A DNA stretch of 62,884 nt from an uncultured virus (IMG/VR IMGVR_UViG_3300034021_001069) (taxonomy: Duplodnaviria; Heunggongvirae; Uroviricota; Caudoviricetes). The stretch lies in IMG/VR virus record IMGVR_UViG_3300034021_001069; one strand, 5' to 3'. The notes under the pieces are model-generated. The model saw only the letters and a program-made list of their open reading frames with translations, was not told where the DNA came from and did no database searches. The position numbers and the translations under genes were made by a program. Below, piece after piece: positions 27,805-39,800 of this stretch (position 1 is its first letter; the number at the start of each line of letters is the position of its first letter).

Positions 27805-30800
27805 TCGTCATTGAATATTTGAACTGGGCTGAATGCCGCCAATACTGTGGCACCAGTTTGAACCGATAGAATAGCTGAATTGCTATAAACTGGAATGCAA
27901 CCAATTGCAGTTATTACAACTCTATATTCATCTTCATTATCAACTTGTTGTGTTGGTAACGTAGTATATGTTGCTTGATTTGCTCCAGGAATATTAAACC
28001 ATGTCGTAGTTGCATAATCTTTTTTCTGCCATTGGTAATTAAGAGTTGAAGAATTATCTACTGATGCAACAACAGTGAAGGATGCAATTTGCCCTTGACT
28101 TACAGTTAAATTGTGAGGTTGAGCTGCAATTGCAATAACTCCAAGATCAATAATAATTGGATTTCCATCTTCATCAATACCTTCTCCAGCGAGTAAATCA
28201 AATCCATTATTAATTGGAGCACCAACAGGAGATTCGAAGTCATCTGGAACTGTAGTTTCTACAGATACTCTAGGTAAAGCATAACCAATACCAGAAGATT
28301 TAACATCAATACGAGATACACCAATTAGAGCTTTAGCTCTACCATTAAAACCAGTTGATGAAATGATATCAACTTGAGGTCTTTCTACATATCCACTTCC
28401 CGAAGAAGTGAGAATAACTTCTTCAATACGACCCTTAGTAATCTGAGCTATAGCTAAAGCATTTCTACCCTTAACTGTTCCTGTATATTCAAATGTAGTT
28501 AGTGAGTTGGAAGATTCGATAAGTGCTACTATTCTATTTCCAGATTCACCTTCAATTTGTAGGAGATCTCCAGCTTCAACAGGAGGAATAATGTCTGCAG
28601 ATACAACGTCAGCATCAGAACCAACATATGAGAATGCAACAAAAGTAGATCCAGCTCTAGGAACTTCGGCAAATATAATTCTAGATCCAACCAATTCGAA
28701 ACCAACACCTGGCTCTTGTAAAACACCATTAACAGAAACAATGATATTATTTTCTGGTCTAATTGTATTAGACTGAACACCATCAGTTAATGTTAGAGAA
28801 TAAAATACACCATTTAACTTTAGGTTGAATGAATTTCTAAGTGAGTCAAAGTCAAAAGATATATCATCAAGTTGTCTCAATTTACCTACATAGAATCCGA
28901 TAAATTCAGAGTTAGCCGATGGAGCTTCAGTAAATTGAATTTGGTCTGAGAATGCAGTAAATGCATTATTACCACCAGGAGGTTGCAAGATACCATTTAC
29001 AAATATTAATAAGTGACCAGCAGGATCTGGGAAGTATGGTTGACCATTTGCAATGGATAATTTAAATGTCGTTTGACTTCCATCAAAACCACGGAAATAT
29101 CTAGAAATCCTTGCCATCAAGTCTTTTGCTGTTACAACAGCAGCAGACCATCCATTATTTCCTACAACAGTCATATTGTCGTAGAATTCTCCCCTAACAT
29201 CCTGTAACCAGATTGTGGAATTATTTCCAAGTTTATCAATTTTTACAACTTTACCATATGAAATGGTATCTGTTCTATCAATATCAGAAATTAATGAATA
29301 GATAACTGGGAAATTAGATCCAGCAAACTTACCAATGAACACACCAGGAGTTAGAAGATCTTCAATAGTTGCTTCACCACTTACGTCAATAGCGGAATAT
29401 TGAACATCTGCAATATAAAGATCGTGTATACCTTCTAATGGTCTATAATCATATTTTGTAACTGTTGCTCTCCAGCCAGGATTTTTCTTAACTGCTCCTT
29501 GTAGAAGGAATACTTCATCTCCTGGATTATATGTAGCTGCAATGCCAGTATCTACTACATTATTAGAAATTGATAGTTTTATTATTTCTGTTCCATTGAT
29601 ATAATCACCAAGAACTAATTCTGTGGTGCTGTTATCATACATAACCAAGATTTTCTCAGTTATGGAACCATATACAACTTCATTTACATTCCAGGAACCA
29701 TTTACAGTTTCTACATCTAGAGTTAACTTACCACCAACAGTGGATACGATGCTTCCATAAGAAGGATTATAACTCGAAATTGTGGCTTCAACCGAATCTT
29801 CTTCTTTAAAGATTATATCACCATTTACAAATTCACCCATAAATGGATTAATCAACATATTGTTACTTACTGATGCAATTGTTGCAGTAGTTCCAGTTTC
29901 TAATCCTTCGATAATATTTCCAATAGATATTGTTCCAACAATATCAATTAAATTAATATAAGTCGAACCATTGGTTTCATAAATCACTCCTCTATTAGTT
30001 GTTGATCCTTGAACAACTACAGTTTCCCCGTTTGCAAATCCAAAGTTTTCTGGAACATTAGAAATAGTAAACTTATTATAAAGTTTTACAATCTTAGCTT
30101 TATTATAAGTCACAAAAATCAATTCACTATAAGCATCACTAGTAGTTCCATAAATTACATCAGCAGGATTAAATCCGCCAGAAATTGGAGTTGGGGTTTT
30201 ACTTCTATCGCCATTGAATGTTGTAACTCTCTCAATACCAGTTCTTCTAGATATTCTTAATTGCTGAGATGCATTGTTTGTATTGCCAATATTGAATGGT
30301 TTATCTTGAGATTTTATTTCTGGTTTGATTGTGAATGATGATCCAGTTACACTAGTAACATAGAAATAATCATTAGATACTAATGATGTAATTGATTCAC
30401 CCAAAGGAATATATTCTAATATATCACCAACTACAAATTTGTGTGGTCTATTGATAGTTGACCCGCTAGAAGCAACATTACTGGAAGCAATAAATGTTAC
30501 AGAATTATTAAGAGGTAATGTGCTATATCTTAATGAATAATCATAAAGATTAAATAGGGATCTTAGTTTAAATTCTGAAGTTTCAATATCTAATAATTCC
30601 ATAGATATTAGATATTTTTCATTGATATCAAAATCATCTGGGAATACCCAAGAAGGCTCAAATGTTATTGGAGATGGATTAGTTAGTGTTTGTTTACATG
30701 CATTTATCGATAGAGTTCTAATATTATCTAAATGTGATAATAATCTAGTTCTATTAATATTTGAGAATGCAATGAAATTACCTTCACCATCAAACCAACT

Positions 30801-33800
30801 ATTGATGTGCTTAATTACATTAGCATTACCGCCAGTAACTAAATCATGACGTATTGACTTAATAATCTCATCTGCAAAATCAACGGTTCCAGTATAAGAT
30901 GGATTATTTAATAAAACTTGAGCGTATGATTCTTCTCTAATGTAACGATCATTATTATGAATTAGGCGTGATGCATTCTTTTCAGTTCTTCCTGCAGGAA
31001 CTAATGCCTCAATCATAGTATCAAATAAGATACTAATTGCAGATTTTACATTATCGCAAGTATATTCTTGATACTCTGTATTGCCAGAATATGGTAAAGT
31101 TTTTGTGATAGATGTAAGATAGTTTACATTATTTTCTGCATTTTCTACGGTTTCAATTAAAATATCAGAAAGTGTAAATACTGCACTAATTACATCCGCA
31201 CAAACTTGACCCCAAGATGGAGCAGATGTGTCATATACAACAGTTACATCTCTCTCTACACTTCCAGATGAATACTGAACTGGCCAAATAGTTGGAAGAG
31301 TAAATGGTATAGTTCCATTAGTGATTGAAATAGGATTATTAATAGTATCCGTAATTACAGACATTAAGCTTGTAATTGAAGATGCTACAGCCTGACAAGT
31401 TGGATTTTGAATATCTAAGGTAGGAACGGGAGAATAGAATGTTTGTGTTATACCATGTGTTCCCTGAACGCTAATAGTTGTATTTCTCATTACACTAATA
31501 GCTAAGTCACGAGCTTTATTGAAAATCCAAACAGATTCTGCTGCTTGTGATGTAATATGTTGTAAATTATTTGAAGAATTTACATATTCATTTGCAGCAT
31601 AGAATACCCAATTATTTCCACCATACTGAAGATTAAATACCAATGCTTTAAGAACATCTTTAACATCATCAATACAATTTTGACTTCCACCAGGAATTAC
31701 CAATGCTGGATATTGTTGAGTTCCTAGATATACAGCTTCATTTGCAATAAAATTAATATTCTTTTCAATAATTCCTGCTGCATCGAGATGACTATCAGAT
31801 ACTGCATTGCGCATGTAAGTTTCTACAGGCTCATTTTCATTTCCTCTGATGTTATCTCTACCAAATCCATTTCTTATAGCTACTGCAGCAATATCACGAA
31901 CTAGTTTGAATACCTGCTTAGTTGCTTCAGCTTCTGATTCAATATGTAACAAACCATTATCTTCAGGATCAATATACATTGATGCTGCTTCATATGTTCT
32001 AGAATTTCCACCAAATCTAAGGTCATGGATCATTGCATCTAGAATATCCTCAACATCATCAGTGCAATTAACTCTGCCACCAGGAACTTCAAAAGTATGA
32101 TACTTAGTGAAATTCTGCATAGTTAATACAGCTTCTTCTGCAATAACTTTTTTATTTCTCTCTAGAGCATTAGCTGCATCGATGTATAGATTATAATTTG
32201 AACGGGATGGATCATAGCCCTTAGGATCTACAGTAATTGTTGGATCTCTGTAAGGTTGCTTGATAGTATATGCTGCGGAATAATAATCATCTTGATATGT
32301 AACTGGAGTTCCAGGAGGATATACTTGACCTTGCGCTGTCAATAAGTTGTTTATTGCCTTTAGAGTTAAGAATTTAGTAAATTCCAACGCATCTGACATT
32401 GCAAGTAACTCATCCTCAACCAACACAACATTCTCATCTTGATCGATATAGAAATCAATTGCATTATTGGTTGCCGAATTACCACCTGTTATTATATCTG
32501 TAATTATAGCTGGTAAAATATATTCTCTGATATCTCTAGCACATTTACCAGGAAGACCTGGCATATTCAACTTATCTTCATTAACATTTCCTACAGTTAC
32601 TGTATAACGATCTTCTAGCCAACCAACAACTTCATCAGCAATGAAGTCTCTATTAAGCCAAATTAAATCACCAGCATCTCTAAATCTATGACCAGTTGGA
32701 GCTAAATGATCAACTATAATATCTCCAAGATCAATTATTTCATCAAGTATTGTTTGCGATATACTAGTTGTTAAAATACCAGGAACTCTAAGGATATTTG
32801 TATACTCTCCCTCCAGAGGATCAGTGTCTGCTTTTTCGAGAAGTTCTACACATAATTGAACAGTTTCTCTCCAAGCATAAACCGATTGTAATAATTCATT
32901 TGAAATATATTCAACAGAATTGTTTCTATTGATATATCCTTTAGCTGCAATTATGCTATTAAAATTACCACCATACTTGATATCAGATATTATAGCAGGA
33001 AGAATAAACTCCTTTGTATCACGGATGCAATAATCCAATCCACTTCCATATGAAGGATAAGTAAATCCAGGATATCTATTTCTCAACCTACCAACAACTT
33101 CTTCTGCAATAAAATCTATATTTTTTTCAATGACCGAAGCAGCAATTCTATTATTATCTCTAGATAGATCAACATCTTCAATTAAGATTATACTATTTTG
33201 AGTATTAACTGATTTAATAGTAGTAGATGATGCAGTTCTTCCACTATACTGAGCATATACTTCATGCTCAGCAAGAATAAATGGCTTATTTGCAGCTAAA
33301 CCAAATGATAATGCATCATCATCGTTATCATATCCAGTGTTTGGGGTAAAGTTTGCATTGTAATCAGCAACACCTTTTTTGATTTGTAAATTACTTAAGT
33401 GACCATATAATCCATTTCCACCATTAAATGCAGCACCAACAGTAATTTGCTTATTTGAATAATTATTAGTATCTGTATATGTTGTGGCAGCTACAGTTCC
33501 ATTATGGTATAGTTTTAATACACCTGAACTTCTAACCAAAGCAATATGCTTCCAAGTATTAATAGTTACTGCAGAAGATATTTGAACTAATAAAATTCCA
33601 GAATAATATACTTTCAAATCTGCATTATCCAATATAATACGAAGAGCCGTATCACTAGCGCCGCTAGTTCTAGTGTCAATTAAAGTTTGGGTTAAATTAT
33701 TTCTAGAAGTTCTATACCAAAATTCAATAGTAAAATCAGAAGATGCTCCAAATGCTACTCTATCGCTAGATGGATACCTTAAATATTGAGCACCAGCAGA

Positions 33801-36800
33801 AAATACAAACGATCCAGTAGATGATGGCGCAATATTTTTTGAAGTTGTCACACCAACATTAGTAATTAAACTATTGGTGATGTATTCATCTTGTGTATAT
33901 GAACCAGATATGTTCTTAGTATAAATCCACTTGAAAGAAGTATTAACACCAATCACAGAAGCAGTAGCTCCTGAAGATATTCCTGTTATAGTATCATTGA
34001 ATGCAAATAATCCTGCAGATTTGTTTGCATATGAAATTTTATTACTTCTTACGGTCTCCCCTTGCAAGAAATTCCCAGTTAAAGAACCATATTTTATCTT
34101 GGTATTTTTAATAGTTTCTTTTTCATCAAATACACCAGTAGCTCCAGTATATACAATTTCGATATTTCTAGCTTCTTCGAAGTCTAGGAAATCATCATTT
34201 ATTAATACTTGAGAGTCATATAGTTTTGTTGGATTAATTACAGTTTTTGAGATATCATCTAGAATAATATTTGGATTTGTAGTGGAAACAAGTCTCTGGA
34301 AGATTAATCCAAAGAAAGATGATCCAGAACTAATCTCTACAGTGTCTACTACTCCATTTGTAACAGGATCTCTATATGGAGCAATGAATACAACTTTAGC
34401 TGCAATCTTGGAGCTTAATGAATAGATAATGTCATTTAATTTAATATTGAATTTTCCAGATTCAAACTCAGCAGTTCCTGATGTTCTGCTAATAGCAATT
34501 TCATTAGTAATGACACCATTTTCTAAATTGGATTCCTCTACAATAGCAATATCACCTTTGGTATTTGTTATTGTTTCTTTTGTCTCTAAAATAGTTCTAC
34601 TTGTTACTGGTGTTACTGATACTATATTTGCTTGGAATCCATATGCATTTGCTAATAAAATTTCATTAATTTGGAAGTTCCCTTGTATTTCTACGACATC
34701 AATGCTAGTTGTTCCACTATCAATAACAGTAGCAATAGATTCAGTAGTTAATCCACTAACTCTAGCGCCCAATTCTGGGAAAATCCCGCTAATGTTTTGT
34801 AATTCAATTCTATAAATCTGAAGTTGATTAAATCTAGCAGTTCTATATACAACTTTTGATGGTGGCTTAGGTGGCTCTGTGAAAATAATATTTGCGCCAT
34901 CAGTTACAAATGCTTGCCCTGGAGCTTGAATAATACCATTCAAGGTAATCATTATTTGATTAGCATTTGCAATTACTTGCTGACCCTCAACATAGATTGG
35001 GAATGAAGTTCTAGCTCCATCAAAATCTAAACTGATATCATCAATTTTTTTAACAATTGAAGTCAGAATTTCTTCTGAAGAGGTAAGTCTCTTCTTTCTG
35101 AAAAGAACTTCAGTATTATTATATGTTGTATAAATTGGCTGTGCTGCAGCAAATGAAGTTATCTGATTAGAATTTGCATAGTTTGTAATATTAACTTGTT
35201 TTACTGCATCAGTAATTACCTTTCTACCAGAAATATCTTTACCACCTGAAATTTCTAGCTGACCAAATAACTTGAAGCCAACTGGGTGATTATTTTCGAG
35301 AACTGTAGTTTTCCAATTATTAATTGGAATACTTGATTTAATAATGTAGGAGAAATTCTGGTAGAAGAAGGAATCTTGAATTTTCTGAACAATTTCTGAT
35401 GGTTTTCCAATGTCATCAATAAACTTACCTGGAGTAGTAGTAATTGAATCAATATTCAATACACCTCTAGCATTACTTAAGTTATCAATAACACCAGATG
35501 CTCTAGAAATAATACCAGTTACCTTTTCACCTTCTTTCCAATCTCCTGTATAATTTTCAATCTTTAAGATCTTAGGTCCGATTTGCCAGCCACTATTCTT
35601 TGAAACATATCCAAACGCTGAAGCTGTTTCAATATTATCTCCTTGATATACTCTTTCACCTTCTAAGAATCTAGAAGTTTCTACGATAGCTTCTGCTTTA
35701 CCTCCAAATACTTCTGTTAAGATTACCTGTCTTCCCGAACCTTGAGTCAAGAATGTAATTGCGTTGCCGCTTAAAGCATCAGCTAAAGTTAACGCAATTT
35801 TCAATTGGTCGGATTCTAATGAATTTTCATCTCCAGAAATTGCATAATATACCTGACCAGGAATGAGAGCAGTCAAACCAGCAGATGATGGCTGTGGTAA
35901 AATGCCAACTTCAGAACCAATATTTTCTGCTCTTAGTTGAACCTCAGAACCAGTCGTAATTCCATGAGGAACGTTAAACTGAAGGTAGCCTAAATCTACG
36001 TTAACAACATAGTTAAACTCAGATTTCAATGTAACTGCAGGCTCAGAAGAATATCCAGATCCTGGATTTTTAATTAAAATCTCAGATAGTCTATTGTTTT
36101 TAACAATCGCCTCTGCCTCTGCTCCAGATCCACCACCACCTTCAATTACTACAACTGGTGCTGAACTATAGCCAGAACCTGGATCTATAATTTTAATTTG
36201 TGATAGAATTGAAGTATTGAATAGTTGTAAATTGATTGGGAATGTAATTTCTGGTTTTAATGTATAATCGTGAGAATATCCAAAACCAAATTCATTATTC
36301 TTTAATTTTTTAATCTTACCAATATTTTTGCCTGTTAGGAAAACTGATGCACCACTTCCTTCATCTGGAATAACTACATTCAACTCTGCACCAGAACCAC
36401 TTAAACTTGGACCTAAGATACCTTGAATACCATCGATATCAATAGACGCAAAAGTATATCCTTTTCCAGGATTAGTTACAAAGGCTTCAGTTATGACACC
36501 AGTATCTAAAATAGGATCATTAGTAACTGTAATTTTTGCAAGTGCTCCCTCTCCATCACCAAGAATAGGAACTTCATAGTATACCCCTGGAGCATATTCG
36601 GATCCGCCACTTACTATAACTACTTTTTCGATTTGTCTAAATGATGCAATATCGGAAACGATAGGTAATTTTTGATAGAATCCACCACCATTAATCAATT
36701 TGATTGAATTGATAGGACCAATAGCTCTTGGTGAAGTGGTAGAATACTTTGTAATAGGATTTCCTTCTGAGTCATCTTGAACTATAGCACTACTGAATTC

Positions 36801-39800
36801 TGGTTCGTTTTCCAGTATGAATCTGAATGAGAATACAGAAGGAACTTCAGTAATTCTAAATGTTCCTGCATATGGGGTATCAATAACGTCAATAAACGAA
36901 TTTGTACCAATAGGAGAATTCTCCTCTGTTCTAGATGGGTCGAAGTAGTAAGAAATATTAGTAACTTCACCAGCGACGATAAATCTCACAAATGGTTCAT
37001 TTCCAGAAGAACTGACACCAGGAATACCACTTCTGATAATATTATTGAATGAATATTCTAGCTTATATTGGTTATCTTGAGAGAATGATAAATAGAATCC
37101 AAAATTTGAAGAATCACTCAAATCGAACACATACTGATGACCTCTAACAAAAAGAAGCTTGGGATGCTTAGTATAGAAGTTCACACTACTAATCACACCC
37201 TGAACATAATTAGGATCTTGAGATGCTACAGATCTTAGTTTAAATGTAAAATCTCTACTAGAAAATACTTCTTCGACAAAGAAGGATCCATTAAATTGGG
37301 CAGTGGAGAATCCTTCTACAAATAGAATGTCATTTTTCTCATAGTTGTGGCGGCTATTTGTAGAAATATAAAGAAGATCGGTTCTTTCCGAGTCAACAAC
37401 TTTTACATCTTTCTCTAAGAGAACGCGAACAGAAATACTCTTTACTTTATCTAATCCACTTACTCGTATTACTTTTTCGGTATCATTATTTGGTGCATAA
37501 TTTACAGTAATTGTATTACCAATACTTACAATATCATTTGGAATAAAATTAGAACCAGAATATACTGTTAATATTTGAACAATATAAACTCCTTCAGAAT
37601 ATGGCTTAAATCTAGAATAATCTGCATATGTTGTAGCTTCTCCTTCTGGATAAGTAAAATCATTCAAATCAATATCAAAATAATTTGCAGTTTCAACAAA
37701 TGCCCATGTAACAACACCGTCAGATATTGTTCCTGTTGTATGTGTTGGTGGAATAGTTCCACCAGTTCCTGCACTTTGTGCCTCATAAACTTTACCATCA
37801 TTAAATACTCGATTGCCTACAGCATATACAGCAGAAGATGACCATAATTCTTCAGTTCTAGCAACAGTAAATGTTGCTGGCATCTCATTAATATCGTTTT
37901 CTGTAGATCTTAAGTATTTTGTGGTGCTAACTGTATCAAATGTTGATCCTGCAGGAAATACTTTACCAACACGATAAGTGACTTGATTCTCATCATTAAT
38001 AGTAGGAGCATCAACAATTGTTCCAAATACCGATACTACCTTCTGACCATTAACAATAGAATACTGCTGTAATACAGAACCTTTTGTGAATATTGCATTT
38101 TGGTTTAAAGTTAACTCTCTAACATTATCAATTTTAGATACAGTAGAATCTTTAATATAGAATTTTTCAATAACTTTTGGTGTGAGCTTTAATTTTTTAC
38201 CTAGTGGTGATGGAATTGTTGCGGTTTTACTATCAAAAATTTCAAATTCACTCGCAAGTGAATATACACCAGGAACTGCAGTGGAAACAACATCATTATA
38301 ATCTAAGCTTTGTAAACCACCAGCACCGAGGTCATATGAAGCTATATTTGCACTAAAGTTAGTTGCCGATAGTGCATTGCTGTTATTTTCAATAACTGCT
38401 GTATCAATATCCAAATCAGAATTTGTTAATACCCAAGTTCCAACTTTAGTGTGCTGTCTATCAAATTTATTAATAATAATATTACTCTTTTGTGTAGACA
38501 ATACAAAAGAACTAGTTCTTGGTGTAAATGCCACAGATTCATTATACATTGCGTATGGAGCAACAACTAAGTCATCTGCTCTACCAATCCATGAATTCGT
38601 AGATGTTGGGGTTGCAGGACCAAAGAATCTAACATCATTTAAATTTACACTATTTGTAGTTGTATATTCTACAACTTTTGAACCATTAAAATATATCCTA
38701 TAAACGTAATTACCTAAGGAAGGATTTGTTTTTTCTAATGTAAATAGATTGAAATTATTAACACCAATGGTGTTCCAATAAGAAGTTGAAGTAGAACTGA
38801 CTAATACAGTATTGACATCTGCAGAATTAGCAGAAATTAGCTGTATTTTTCCATAATTTGCACTAGTAGTATCTCCATCAACAATGACTTTATATTTGAT
38901 TACATCAGATACACCAACACTTATAATTTCTGGTTTATGATTTACTGCATGACGAGCAGATTCCATTTGGAAGAATCCCTCAACTGTCCATTCTTTAATT
39001 TCTGCTGTGTTGATATCTGCCAGAGAAAGTGAATTCTGAGATGTGGTTTTTGCTGATTTACCTCCAAACTTAAAGAAGGTAGAATCATACTCTACATTAG
39101 AGGAATTAAACCAAGATGTGACCCCCAAACTTCTCTTTGATGAGTCTGTAGGTGTAGCAATATTTGCTGTATCATTAAATTCATAGTATGCTAATTCCCT
39201 AGATATTTCTTTTTCTGACGTAATTATAATATCGCCAGAATTATCTACAGAATGCGTCTTTGCAATTAATCCTGCAAAATTTGGAGTTTTAATTGTAGAT
39301 TGATATAAAATTGTACCATCGTATTTAATTGTAGTCACTACAATTTGCTTATCTACAACTCCATAGTTTATAGATGTAACTAATGCAATATTACCAAAAA
39401 TATCTGTCTTGATATTTGCGTGTTCAATAGAATTGTATGCCAGAGAAGGTGTAAATGATTTACTCCAAATCAAAGTATTTGGATTTTCTGGATTAAATTT
39501 AAATACTACTACTTTTTCGCGCTTCTGTGTGCTGCTATTAACAGCATTAAATGTAACATAAAAATCACCTTCTTCATCTTTTACTATTCTTGGGTTATTT
39601 ACAACAGTTGCATTAAATGCAACGCTATTCATATATTCAACTTCAATATTAGCTCCATCATAGAATATTTTTCCTAACAATAAAGTTCCAAGAGTAGCTG
39701 AAGTTCCAACAAATAGCAATTCATTATCATTTAACCAAATAATATCATTTAAGCGTTCGGATCCAGAAGCTGAAGCTATTTTTCTCTTTTCTTTAACATC

